A DNA stretch of 64,000 nt from Scyliorhinus canicula. Its lineage: Eukaryota. Each line of letters starts with the position of its first letter. Within the stretch, counting starts at the first letter, position 1. The position numbers and the translations under genes were made by a program. This document shows, in pieces, positions 13,061-24,209 of the stretch. Below the pieces are notes generated by a model. The model was not told the DNA's origin, ran no database searches, and saw nothing but the letters and a program-made list of their open reading frames with translations. Location: NCBI RefSeq assembly GCF_902713615.1, contig NW_024055493.1, positions 1 through 64,000 on the forward strand, in the 5' to 3' direction.

Positions 13061-13879
13061 TCACAGGAGGTGCGATGAAACATGTAATCCTGTCTCACAT
13101 GGAGAGGTGGATGGCGTCTCCCCAGTATGAACTCGCTGGTGTCTCCGCAGGGTGAATAAACGAGTAAATCCTTTCCCACACTGAGAGCAGATCAATGGCC
13201 TCTCCCCAGTGTGAACTCGCTGGTGTGACTGCAGGTGAGATAACCGAGTGAATCCCTTCCCACACCGAGAGCAGGTGAATGGCCTCTCCCCAGTCTGAAC
13301 TCGCTGGTGTGTCCGCAGGTGAGATAATTGAGTAAATCCTTTCCCACACTGAGAGCAGGTGAATGGCCTCTCCCCAGTGTGAACTCGCTGGTGTCTCCGC
13401 AGGTTGGATACTTCAGCAAATCCTTTCCCACATTGAGAGCAGGTGAACGGCCTCTCCCCAGTGTGAACTCGCTGGTGTGACTGCAGGTTGAATACTCGAG
13501 TAAATCCTTTCCCACACTGAGAGCAGGTGAATGGCCTCTCTCCAGTGTGAACTCGCAGGTGTCTCTGCAGGTGATATAATTGAGTAAATCCCTTCCCACA
13601 CTGGGAGCAGGTGAATGGCTTCTCCTCAGTGTGAACTCGCTGATGTGTCTGCAGGGTGGATAACCGAGTAAATCCCTTCCCACACTGAGAGCAGGTGAAT
13701 GGCCTCTCCCCAGTGTGAACTCGCTGATGTGTCTGCAGACTGGAGAACTGAGTAAATCCCTTCCCACACTTCGAGCAGGTGAATGGCCTCTCCCCAGTGT
13801 GACTGCGTCGATGAATTTCCAGCTGAGATGGGACTCTGAATCCCTTCCCACAATCCCCACATTTCCATGGTTTCTCCAT
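13061..13879 (-). CDS. Tandem C2H2 zinc-finger protein, 9 fingers (finger 7 lacks its second His), no KRAB domain seen
   Basis: [14 protein letters not shown]... with repeated [15 protein letters not shown] linkers; first ATG at 13879 (the ORF track starts at a non-ATG codon at 13915); splice acceptor TTTCTTCCAG|GATA at 14230. Confidence 0.9.
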   Translation of the reverse strand: MEKPWKCGDCGKGFRVPSQLEIHRRSHTGERPFTCSKCGKGFTQFSSLQTHQRVHTGERPFTCSQCGKGFTRLSTLQTHQRVHTEEKPFTCSQCGKGFTQLYHLQRHLRVHTGERPFTCSQCGKGFTRVFNLQSHQRVHTGERPFTCSQCGKGFAEVSNLRRHQRVHTGERPFTCSQCGKGFTQLSHLRTHQRVQTGERPFTCSRCGKGFTRLSHLQSHQRVHTGERPLICSQCGKGFTRLFTLRRHQRVHTGETPSTSPCETGLHVSSHLL

Positions 13880-14899
13880 GTTTTGGGTCTCCTCACGTCT
13901 CTCCAGGTTGGACAATCAGTTGAAGCCTCATCCACAACACGGGTACGGTCTCTCCTCACTCTGAATGTTATGTTTTTCAGGCTGTGTAACTGGTTAAAGC
14001 TCTTTCCACAGTCAGTTCACTGGAACTCTCTCACTCGGGTGTGTGTTGTGTGGGTCTCGGTGCTTTTCCAGTCGCACAAATGGTTGAAATCTTTAGCTAA
14101 CAGTTTGGGTAAACATTTCTCCTTCTAGGTTGAAAGCCCGATGGTATTCAGGTTCCAAAGAAGGGAGTGGCTGTCAGATCGGGACGTAACATTTGAGATT
14201 TCTAGCTGTAATTCCTCCTTGTCTAATATCCTGGAAGAAACAATTTACAAAATTCATCACTGTCAGTACAGGATTGAAACTCAGAACAGACAATGCTAGT
14301 TTCTATGTCCCATTGTTTCCTCTCTCTTATTCCCTGAAAGCTGTAAATCTCCATCCCACACATTCCCTCCATTCTCACTCTGCTGTATCTAATATTCACC
14401 CTCCCAATTCTCCTGAAGGTGCTGATTCATGTTGATTGACAGATCCAAACTCACAGCTTCCTGTCCAGGAGATCATAACAAAAATGAGTTGCAGTCGGCC
14501 ATTCGGCCCATTGAACCTGAACCATTCAATGGGATCCTTAGCCGATCTACCTCAGCACCGTTTTCCCACACTATCCCCATATCCCTCGACATCTTCAATA
14601 TCCAGAAACTTGTCAATCTGTGTCTTGAACATACTTGACGACTGAAGCTGCAGAATCCTCGGAGGTAGAGAATTCCAAAGCTTCACCACATCCTCGAGTG
14701 AAGAAATCCCACCCACCGGATTGGGATTAGCTTGTTTTCCGCAGGTTCTGGTGCCACTGACCTATAATCTGACAGTTATCCTGATTGCCTGGCACTCATC
14801 TACCTAATCCTTGAATTAATATTTGTTATCGAGTCCGTGGCAGACTCTGGGTTCGGTCTGGAAGGATTATGCTGTAAAAAGTGAAGAAATGCGCTGATA

Positions 14900-15720
14900 A
14901 AACAGCGCAGGTGGATTCAGCGGGAATGAAGCCGCCTTTTCAACAATGCGGCCTGACCCTCAGGAGGTCTCACGATCCCGCGCTCTGTGGGGCTCTCTCA
15001 AGAGGTGGCAAAAATTATGACTGCCGACATTATCCGTGTTATTCACCAGAGGCTGAGTGTGCTGACTCAATATCTGTGAGCTCATGAGGCCCAGCTGCAA
15101 AACACCAGGAAGAGGCTCGATGATCCGGAGGAGAGAATCCTGAACATTCAGCAAGATGCCTCCTCCACGGAGGCAAGAATTCAATCCTTTGAGAACCAGC
15201 CGAGTGGCTGGCGGAGGTTCTAGAGGATTTGGAGAACCGAATGTCGGAGAAAGAACATCCGAGTTGACGGCCTGTCAGAAGGTGTGGATGGTAAGGCTCC
15301 CGTTAGTTCTTCGAGGACCGGAAGCCACGTTTTCTCAAGCTGGATGTGAAGCCTGGGTGTTTCAAATTAGAAAGGATGTATCGTATCCTGTCTCTGAGGC
15401 TGAGGGATAGTTTTCATCCCAGGCCTATAATCATTCACTTCCACAACTGGAAAGATCGCCAGAATGTCCTGGAGAGGGAACGGTGAGGTGGCGTCTGGCT
15501 CCAGGAGAGAGGGACGATTCAGGACTTTCAGCAGCAACACAAACGATGCGTCGAGGCTTCGATGAAGTTCAAAGGCAGCTCAAGGCTGTGGGGAGTGAAT
15601 TACGTCAGGCTTTATCCTGAGACCCAAAAAATGGTATCCAACAACTCCATCAAGTCTTTCAATAATCCAACTATCGCCTTGGTCTTCATTAAATCCATGA
15701 AGGGCCAGGATCTGGAGGGA
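14900..15720 (+). mobile_element. L1/Tx1-type ORF1 relic with frameshifts
   Basis: Translates as EDLENR..RRKNIRVDGLSEG, PRPIIIHFHNWKDRQNVLER and RRGFDEVQRQL...YVRLYP, matching L1 ORF1p coiled-coil, RRM and CTD motifs. Confidence 0.75.
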
Positions 15721-15781
15721 TGGTTTGCAGCTCGGACTAACTCAGGTTCTAATCCGAACTCTTTCCCTGTCATGGTATACT

Positions 15782-16012
15782 ATCTTTTTTAAATTTAGTG
15801 TACCCAATTTTTTTTTTTTTCCAATTAAGGGGCAATTTAGTGTGGCCAATCCACCTAGCCTGCACATTTTTGGGTTGTGGGGCCGAAACCCACGCAGACA
15901 TGGGGAGAATGTGCAAACTCCACACGGACAGTGACCCTGAGCCGGGATCGAACCTGGGTCCTCGGCGCCGTGAGGCTGCAAGGCTAACCCCACTGTGCCA
16001 CCGTGCTGCCCC
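15782..16012 (-). mobile_element. V-SINE-like element
   Basis: Reverse complement of GGGGCAGCACGGTGGCACAGTGG head plus central domain; AT-rich tail. Confidence 0.8.
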
Positions 16013-16029
16013 TGTCATATTATTGTCTG

Positions 16030-16440
16030 TGTTTCAGAATTACAGAAATACACATAGGGACAGGAGTAGGCCATTCAGCCCCTCGAGTCTGTCCTGCCAT
16101 TTAGTGAGATCATGGCTGATCTGTGATCTAACTCCGTATCCATTATTATCTTTGCTTAACAAAACTCTACCTCAGATTTAAATTTAACAACTGATGCAGC
16201 TTCACCCGCTGTTTGTGGGAAAGAGTTTTAAACCTCTCCCACCCTGTGTGTGAAGACGTTCTTCCGAACATCTCTCCTGAACAGTCAAGCCCTAATTTTT
16301 AGACAATGATCCCTACTTTTAGCATCTCCAACTAGTGGAAATAGTTTATCTTTATCTACCCTGTTAATATCTTAAATACCTCAATCAGATCACACCTTAG
16401 CCTTCTAAATTCTACGGATCACAGGCCTAATTTATGGTTA
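16030..16440 (-). mobile_element. CR1-type LINE 3' end
   Basis: ACATAGGGACAGGAGTAGGCCATTCAGCCCCTCGAG tail and the following ORF2-end sequence. Confidence 0.7.
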
Positions 16441-16533
16441 AAACTTTGGGTCAGAGCCACTGCAATCTCTCCCTCACCTCCCACAGCATCCTGGGACACA
16501 ATTCATCCAGAATTAGTAATCTAATAATCTTCT

Positions 16534-16815
16534 GGGCGGCACGGTAGCATAGTGGTTAGCACTGTTGCTTCACAGCATCAGGGACTTGGGTTTGATTCCC
16601 GGCTTCGGAGTCTGCACGTTCTCCCCGTGTCTGTGTGGGTTTCCTCCAGGTGCTCCGATTTCCTCCAACAAGTCCGGAAAGATTAGCTTGTTAGATGAAT
16701 TGGACATTTTGAATTCTTCCTCTGCGTACCTGAACAGGCGAGTGGGGGATTTTCACAGCAACTTCATTGCAGTGTTAATGTAAGCCTACTTGTGACACTA
16801 ATATTAAAGATTATT
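16534..16815 (+). mobile_element. V-SINE-like element
   Basis: GGGCGGCACGGTAGCATAGTGGTTAGCAC head and central domain. Confidence 0.8.
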
Positions 16816-17194
16816 ATGAATGTGCCAAAGGGCCTCTATCCGTGCTGTAAAGAGAGGGAATGAATGAGAAGGACTTTACAGAGAAACTGCCCAAGCCCCA
16901 ACATTCACCAGCTCTAAGGACTCACCTTAGCTCCCTTTCCAATCTGAAAGCAGCCTGAGCTGGATTTACATTCCCCTTAATTCATCATTGCTGGGTGATA
17001 ATCCTGTACTTCCTTACCTCACACCACTGTGACAGCACCTTCACTACACAGACTGCAGCAACTGACCAAACATCACCTTCCCAGTTATTCCTGAAAGGAC
17101 CTCCTTCCCAACCTGGCCCCTTGCCTGAGGTGTGGTGATCCTCAGGTCACATCACCGCCGGTCAGCTCTCTCTCCCGGGACCAGACCCTGCTTC

Positions 17195-17275
17195 ACAACC
17201 GCCATCTTGGTTCACCGGAGAAGCAGAGCGCATGCGCTGGCGTCTTGGTGACGCAACAGCTGGTGGGCGGGATCT
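17195..17275. promoter_or_regulatory. GC-rich, probably bidirectional promoter core for the ZNF genes
   Basis: YY1-type CCGCCATCTT (17199-17208), NRF1 palindrome GCGCATGCGC (17228-17237), GC box GGGCGG and local CpG enrichment. Confidence 0.6.
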
Positions 17276-17844
17276 GAAGGTTTCTGTTCCCATCCGGGTC
17301 CCAGTGCACGGGCAGATTCCGGACAAAAGGTTTTTAAGATCTTTCACCCACTCCCAGGCTTCAGGTGATGTTTGCAGGCTGGAGGTATCTCTGGATAATG
17401 TAGACATTCAGTGTGAGAGGCTGCAGCCTCTATATAGCTACCTGAAGGGGGTTATACAACGGTTGATTACATTTCGTGGTCCTTTCCCGTCCATTATCAG
17501 GATGTTTGTGTGATATTTTCTGACCCTCAGTGTGATATTTCTTTATTTAAAATACAGTTCAGCAGCAGGCTTACTGGTGATTTTTAAAGGAATAAAGGTT
17601 ATTTATTATCACAACCTTTCCCTGGATGTTTGAGCATCTAAGTCTCTCAGCTCTTTTACTCACTGACACATACACAGAAATTAGGTACAGATCAAGTTGA
17701 AGCTGCAATGATGAAAATGGAATGTAGACTGCAATCTTTATATCGCTGCAGGTCTGATGTCTTCTTATTGAGCTGATCCTTTCGTTGGAGTGAAGCGTTT
17801 TTAAAAGCAAATAATTCTCATGAGTCTCTGAAGCTTCTTATAAG

Positions 17845-18265
17845 ACATAGGAGCAGAATTAGGCAATTTGGCCCATCGACTCTGCTCCGCAATTCAATCA
17901 TGGTTTATATTGTTTCATCCCCATTCCCTTGCCTTCTCCCCATAACCCGTGATCCCCTTATTAATAAAAAACCTATCTATCTCTGTCTTAAAGACACTCA
18001 GTGAATTGGCCGCCACAGCCTTCTGCGGCAAAGTGTTCCACAGATTCACCATCCTCTGGCTGAAGAAATTCCTCCTCATCTGTTTTAAAGGATCGTCCCT
18101 TTAGTCTGAGATGGTGTCCTCTGGTTCTAGTTTTTGCTGCAAGTGGAAACACCCTCTTCATGTCCACTCTATCCAGGTCTCGCAGTACCTTGTAAGTTTC
18201 AATAAGATCCCCTCTCATCCTTCTAAACCCCAGCGAGTACAGACCTAGAGTCCTCAAACGTTCTT
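17845..18265 (-). mobile_element. CR1-type LINE 3' end
   Basis: ORF 17988-18257 LGLYSLGFRRMRGDLIETYKVLR, a CR1 ORF2 C-terminal motif. Confidence 0.85.
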
Positions 18266-19018
18266 GTAGATGAATAGCCAGGAGGTTGGTTTTCAGGTGG
18301 GCTTGGAAGCTGGAATAAGTTCAGTCCTGTGGCTGCACTGGGAGACATTCAGCTCTGCTGGTTCAGCTGGTTCCTGGTGCTTCAGATGCTTCTCACACAC
18401 ACACATTTGCTTTGTTCCGGGTTTATTATACTGCACCCCTGCCAATTAACTGCAAGGTTAAAACTTTGGGGCCCAGAACACCCCGAGACAATAGCAGTTT
18501 ACGATGCTCACTCACGCTTATCTCTGTCCCAATTCAAGGTCATTCTCCTGTGTTCAATACGGCACTTGGAGACCAACAGTCCCGGGATTTCATATTCCTC
18601 AAATGCTGGTTCATCCTGACACAACGACACATTTAAACTTCACAGGTGGCCGCAAAGTTCCCTTATTCAGGTCCGTGTTTAATTAAATATTGGTCACAGC
18701 ATCGAATATTGCCCACAGTTTAATATCCACAGTAACCTGTTCAGTTGCAGCCACTTTGGCAGAGTTTGTGGATCTGACAGTCTATAATATCTAATATTCT
18801 TGTGCTGAGCGTGACATCTTGAATCTACTTTGAGTCTGGTTAAAACAGTGCATTGTAGCTGGGTGGGGTAGGATAGCACTGTTGCTTCACAGTTTGCAGA
18901 GGGAGCATGTGGTATCCACCGGAATGAGTGACACCTTCCACACCCAGTGGCTACCTCAGCGGACAGAGTGTTTAAGAGACACTGGGAACAATATTCTGGT
19001 TCAAAACTTCTTTTTCAG

Positions 19019-19263
19019 GCATTTGAACGGGAGGTTTGGCAACTGGGCAACTCGAACCAAATATAACATCAAGATCTGACTCAATTCATTAGGACTTAAA
19101 TATCACAAACTGTCAATGTGTTTGTCTGTTCTGACTGTGGGAAGAGATTTCAAACATCAGTGTGACTGGAAAAGCCCCGAGGCCCACACACACCTGAGTG
19201 GGAGTGTTCCAGTGAACTGACTGTGGAAAGAGCTTCAACCAGTTACACAGCCTGAAAAATCAT
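19019..19263 (+). pseudogene. Truncated ZNF paralogue (degenerate 5' fingers only), cut off by a CR1 fragment at about 19265-19390
   Basis: Acceptor TTTTTCAG|G; VFVCSDCGKRFQTSV* and VFQ*TDCGKSFNQLHSLKNH; homologous to minus strand 13970-14110. Confidence 0.7.
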
Positions 19264-19644
19264 CTTGTTTCCTCTTGTGGGAGAGTCTGGGACCAGAGGG
19301 CATAATCCCAGAGTAAGGGGTCTCAAATTTAGGACAGAGGTGAGGAGACATTTCTTCCATCAGAGGGTAGTGAATCTGTGGAATTCTTTAGCTGGCATTC
19401 TGTCTCTGGAGTTTACCACAAAATGTCAGAGGTGAAGGTGTCTTAACCCGGATGGGCCGCTTGGTGGCGCAGTGGCTGTTTCACTGAGGGGCCTTGAGTT
19501 CAGACACATCCCAGACAGGCCTGGTGAGAAATATCTGTCTGGGAAAGGTGAGAAAACTGTATAATCGGGGCAAAGGATCAGTGCCGATGGACAATAGAGA
19601 AAGGAGTTCAGATTAGTCTTATTTTCTTCATTTTTCATTCAATA

Positions 19645-19685
19645 TTTATTAAAATTTCAGAGAAAATATTACACAAAAGTTTATT
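19645..19685 (-). terminator. Candidate poly(A) signals for the membrane IgM transcript
   Basis: AATAAA on the minus strand at 19645-19650 and 19680-19685, 400-450 nt after the TM2 stop. Confidence 0.45.
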
Positions 19686-20090
19686 TTGATGTTTACAAAA
19701 GGGAACATAACGATTGAGGGTCACAGTGAGAACAGAACACACGCCCTCTGAGCTGCCAAATGTATGTACAACTGTAACAGACACAAGAGAGAACAGGAGC
19801 TCAGCATAAAGGGAAGGTAACTGTTGTGAATAAGGTACGAGGTAAGTTACTTATTTAGACATGACATTGAGGGAAATTATTAACTACAATTACATTACAG
19901 TCAAAATTATCTCGTACATTTTAAACTGAAAAGCAGAAATACTGTCCATGATTGTCTCAGTTACAGATGCAGAATAATAAACTGAGAGAATTTTACTGTT
20001 AGAGTCACCAAGAGGAGATATTGTATTTCTGTCACACACAGATCATAATAAACAGCTGAGGGAAATCTACAGCGTCCGAACGTCAACCCA

Positions 20091-20099
20091 TCACTTGAT
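20091..20099 (-). CDS. IGHM: IgM TM2 exon coding part (IK*)
   Basis: Polypyrimidine acceptor CTCTCTTTTACAG|ATC AAG TGA, in phase 0 with TM1. Confidence 0.85.
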   Translation of the reverse strand: MK

Positions 20100-20237
20100 C
20101 TGTAAAAGAGAGAGAAAATGATGAAGCAGATGTTTATGATCTGGGACATTGATGTTAGAGTTTTCAATCAATCAAACATTTAGTGTTTTTAAACACCTTC
20201 TGTCAGTTTGAAGTGTGAGTGGATTGAATCTTCTCAC

Positions 20238-20365
20238 CTTCACCAGAGTGACTGCAGCGCTGTAGGAAATGCTCAGGAAGAACAGGGTGATGAATGTGGA
20301 AGCGGTTGTCCAGATGTTCCCGTTATCATCCTCATCGTCTTCAGTCCAGGTGTGGTCTGTGGTAC
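20238..20365 (-). CDS. IGHM: IgM TM1 exon
   Basis: (G)TTDHTWTEDDEDDNGNIWTTASTFITLFFLSISYSAAVTLVK with the CART-type transmembrane motif; CCCGTAG| acceptor and |GTGAGA donor; 128 nt keeps frame. Confidence 0.95.
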
Positions 20366-20509
20366 CTACGGGAATAGAGCCGAATAAATATAATCAGATT
20401 ATTTATTAATCCAGGATATGTTTTTAATGTTCTCGTTTCATTTTCTCCCGCTGCTAATTCATTCTTTAATATATTTGTCATTGCCTATCTACTGTTGAGT
20501 TCGTGACAC

Positions 20510-20718
20510 TCAGAAATCGATCTCTGTAACTTAATTTTTCCAATTGAGGGGCAATTTGGCGTGGTCAATCCACCTACCCTGCACATCTTTGGGTTGTGGG
20601 GGTGAGACTCACGGGTCACGGGGAGAATGTGCAAACTCCACTGGGACAGAGACCCAGGAGTGGGATCAAACCCAGGTCCTTCGCGCTGTGAGGCAGCAGT
20701 GCTCACCACTATGCCACC
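20510..20718 (-). mobile_element. V-SINE-like element
   Basis: Reverse-complement head and central domain (GGGAGAATGTGCAAACTCCA). Confidence 0.7.
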
Positions 20719-20965
20719 TTGTCTGACGTTTGTGTTTGTTCTTTATCATTTGTGTCTGTGTAAATGCGAAATTCGTGTTTCTTTACTCTTTTGTGTGTCC
20801 CGATGTCTTTATAAGTGTCATTGTGTGTGTTCATGTGCCAATCTGTGTGTCAGCCCCTGCATGTGAACTTTGTTTATCTTCTGTCAATGTGTATATATGA
20901 GTATTTTGTGTGTGTGATTGTGTTGAAATCTATGTTTATATATTAATGCCTGTTTTAATATAATA

Positions 20966-21052
20966 GTAAGAAGTCTTACAACACCAGGTTCAAGTCCAAC
21001 AGGTTTGTTTCAAACACGAGCTTTCAGAGCACTGCTCCTTCCTCAGGTGAAT
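20966..21052 (-). mobile_element. Penelope-like terminal fragment carrying a minimal hammerhead motif
   Basis: GTAAGAAGTCTTACAACACCAGGTT...; minus strand CAC-CTGAGGA-A-GGAGC/GCTCT-GAAA-GC-TC-GTG. Confidence 0.6.
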
Positions 21053-21169
21053 GTAAGCAATAAAAGTGTTAATGTGTCTTTATACGTTCAACATGCATGT
21101 CAGTGTCTTAATGTTTGTGTCTGGATAAGTGCGTTTGTGTGTGTGTGTGTTTGTTGATGCGTGTAATTC

Positions 21170-21490
21170 ATCACAGAATCATCATCGTATAATCCTTACT
21201 GTGCGGAACGAGGCTATTCGGCCCATTGAGCCTGCACCGACCCTCCGAAAGAGCACTCTGCCTGGACGCATGGCCCTGCCCTAACCCCAGAACCTCGTAA
21301 CCCCACCTTTGCGCACTAAGGGGTAATATAGCATGGCCAATCCACCGAACCTGCACATCTTTGGACTGTGAGAGGATACCAGAGCACGCGGAGGAAAGAG
21401 TAACAGACACGGGAGAACGTGGAAACTCCACGCAATCACCCAAGGCTGGAATTGAAGCCGGGTTTATGGCGCTATGAGGCAGCAGTGCTA
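21170..21490 (-). mobile_element. V-SINE-like element with CR1-like tail
   Basis: GAGGCTATTCGGCCCAT tail, central domain and head on the minus strand. Confidence 0.7.
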
Positions 21491-22100
21491 TTTATGCATT
21501 GATGCTTCTTTATAACTATCTATTAACGTGTATTGATGCCTCTATGTGCACTAATGTGTGTTTGTGCTAGAATGTGTATGAGTCTGCTAATATGTGTCCA
21601 AGTGTGCCCGTAAGTGTGTTAATGTGGATTATTGTCTCTGTTTGAAAGGAAATATTTCTGTCATCGTGAAATTCTGCTAATGTATATGTTATTGGTTACA
21701 TTTGTGTTTCATATTCTTCAGTCAGTCTGCTTGTCTCGTTTCATATGTTTGTGTATCTGTGTGGACAGGTAGGTGTATGTGTCTGTTTGTGTACATTTGT
21801 GTAGCCACTTGTGAGTGTCGATTTGTGTGTGTATGTGTGTATGTGCATGTGTGTCTGTGTACGTGTGTCTGTGTGTATAAATGTGTACTTTTTTGTGTTT
21901 ATGTGCATGCTTGTGAATTTTTGCGCACGTTTGCGTGTGTTTTTGTGTCAAAATATGTGTGGTTCGTTGGGCCTGGGTGTATGTTTATGCATGTGTTTCT
22001 ATGTGTGTTTCTATGTGTGTGTTTGTGTCTACGTGTGAGCGTGTGCGTGTTTGTGGGTCTGTGTGCATGTATGTGCAGTGTCTGTGTCTGTTTATCTGTC
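21490..22100. repeat. Degenerate (TG)-rich low-complexity tract
   Basis: Dense TGTG/TATG runs; the CV/HT-rich ORFs here are artefacts. Confidence 0.85.
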
Positions 22101-22521
22101 TGTGTATCTGTATCAGCTGCCTGTAGCTTTGCCAGTTGCCTCAGGAGAGAACAGTGAAAACCCAGGGAGAATTCAATCACCAGTCTGGATTTGGATTCTG
22201 GTGAATCAGTTTCAGCATACGGATAAGAGGAAGAAGGGTGTTGAAGGAATTCTGTTGCATAAATATTGTAAAAACATCTTTATCATGATGGTCTTTTAAA
22301 CCCTTCAGTCAGTAAGCTACATGCCGTCTTGTAATGTCAGTAACTGAGTTCTTAGTCCAGAGAACCGTTTACTTCCAAACTCCCTGCTTGGAGACTGGGA
22401 AGATATTGAGTTAATAATCTCCCTCTCTCTGGTCAGCTCATCAAATTCCCTTTGGGTTCTCCCTGCTGGAGGTGGAGATACAGAGAGTTCACTCGTCACC
22501 TTCCTCCTCTTTTGGTCGGGA

Positions 22522-22775
22522 AAGTGGAGGTAAAATGGGTTAGTATTGCCCCTTTGCTCTCTTTGTTGGGGAAGTGGGGGTAAAGTGGATTAACTAAAGC
22601 CCCTCTCCCTCTCTCTATTGAGGAAGTGGGGGTACAGTGGATTAACTAAAGCCCCCCCTCTCTCTATTGAGGAAGTGGGGGTACATTGGATTAACTAATA
22701 CCCCTCCCACTCTCTCTGTTGGGGAGGTGGGGGTACAGTGGATTAACAATTTCACTTTCCCCTCTCTTTGGCAGG
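22522..22775. repeat. About 50-bp minisatellite, about 5 diverged copies
   Basis: Recurrent AAGTGGGGGTACAGTGGATTAACTAAAGCCCC...CTCTCTATTGAGG. Confidence 0.8.
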
Positions 22776-22862
22776 GGATTGTTGGTCCATGTTTCTGTGT
22801 GACCCTCAATTCAGTTCCCAGTGGGTGTGATACAGCAACTTAAAGCTGACATTAATTTTAAA

Positions 22863-22990
22863 GTAAGAAGTCTTACAACACCAGGTTAAAGTCCAACAAG
22901 CCGGCATCTCCACATGTTGGACTTTAACCTGGTGTTGTAAGACTTCTTACTGTGCTCACCCCAGTCCAACGCCGGCATCTCCACATCATT
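22863..22990. mobile_element. Inverted Penelope-like terminal fragment forming a 36-bp perfect hairpin
   Basis: 22863-22898 is the exact reverse complement of 22915-22950. Confidence 0.7.
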
Positions 22991-23239
22991 AATTTTAAAG
23001 GGATGGACAATGAAAGAAGCAGGAACACCGAGATCTAAATGTGATGGGTTTGTTTGTCTGAAATGAGAAATTGTCCGATTTCTCCTCAGCTGGAGGAAAG
23101 ACAATGAAGATATTTTGCTGAATCCTGGAATGAATGAGTTTTACTCTGTCTCTAACCCAGGGTGTATCTGAGCTGGGAGCTCTGGTTGTATCAGACTTGG
23201 GGCCGAGACCTGTAGAAATCCGGGTCTCATTGACCAGGG

Positions 23240-23420
23240 ACTGGTTTAGCACAGGGCTAAATCGCTGGCTTTTAAAGCAGACCAAGACAAGCCAGCAGCA
23301 CGGTTCAATTCCCATACCAGCCTTCCCGAACAGGCGCCGGAATGTGGCGCTGAGGGGCTTTTCACAATAACTTGACTGAAGCCTACTTGCGACAATAAGC
23401 GATTTTCATTTCATTTTCAG
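23240..23420 (+). mobile_element. Short tRNA-derived SINE
   Basis: GGACTGGTTTAGCAC...GGTTCAATTCCC...GATTTTCATTTCATTTTC; same family as 11461-11631. Confidence 0.75.
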
Positions 23421-23494
23421 ATCTAACATCAGTAAAGTGGAAACACCATTAATCAAGTGGCTGTATGTTTAAATCACAATTAGAGGAAAACGTT

Positions 23495-23509
23495 TTTATT
23501 ATTTTTATT
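23495..23509 (-). terminator. Poly(A) signals of secretory IgM
   Basis: Two AATAAA hexamers on the minus strand, 28-42 nt after the secretory stop codon. Confidence 0.7.
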
Positions 23510-23536
23510 TTAGTTCGAAATATAACCAATAGATTC

Positions 23537-23928
23537 TCATTGACATGAATTAACGGTGTCCATCAGAGCGAGGGAAATGTTCACAAAACTGGGTTTACCG
23601 CTGGATTTATCAACCGTTCTGTTGATGATCTTCAAGGGGATGGCTTCATGTCCCACCACACAGGAGTAAGAAGCGCCGCTGGCCCACTCCTCCGCTGCAA
23701 TGGATAACAGGCTGTACATGAAGAAGGAGCTATTGCCGTTCTCCGCCATCACCTCGGTGTTCTTGTAGTTCCCGGGATTCACCGGCTTGTCATTGACGGT
23801 CCACTTGACGAAGATCTCTCGGGGGGAGAAACCTCTCACTAAGCAGCCGAGGGAGACGAATCTCTGAGCGGAGACGTCTTCAGCCGGGGGCAGGAGGACA
23901 GAGACGGACGGTTCCCGTGGATTGGGAT
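23537..23928 (-). CDS. IGHM: IgM Cmu4 exon plus secretory tailpiece
   Basis: [19 protein letters not shown]...[15 protein letters not shown]...[12 protein letters not shown]...DKSSG|[19 protein letters not shown]; NIS glycosylation site and penultimate Cys; internal TM donor G|GTAAAC at 23598. Confidence 0.97.
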
Positions 23929-24209
23929 CTGCAGAAAATGTACAATAAATGTCAATAAAATGGGGAATTCCGGAGACAATGGAACCGCGGGTTAGATGTG
24001 AGAGAAATGTGTTTTGTGTTGGATTTTAAAGGTTTCCATTTTCCACTTTGGGATCTGTCCAGTTTCCCAGCTCGGAGCAGAGGTGGACACAATCCTTTTC
24101 CCTGAGAATTTACGGATATTGGATTCGAAAGTTTCAGAAAGTGTACAGCAGGGGAACAGGCCATTCGGCCCAACTATTCTGTGCTGGTGTCTAAACTCCA
24201 AACCAGGCT

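Noticed and set aside
13916-14110. Selenocysteine recoding of the TGA at a finger Cys position
   Set aside because: The same segment also has frameshifts and other stops, and I see no SECIS evidence; decay is the simpler explanation.
13095-14128. Overlapping ORFs such as 13192-13959 (-) and 13715-14128 (+)
   Set aside because: Alternative-frame and antisense shadows of the repetitive zinc-finger coding sequence.
22100-22510. Coding-looking stretch in the Cmu4-TM1 intron as an extra exon
   Set aside because: Stops in all frames, no recognisable domain and no convincing splice pair; probably an old element relic.
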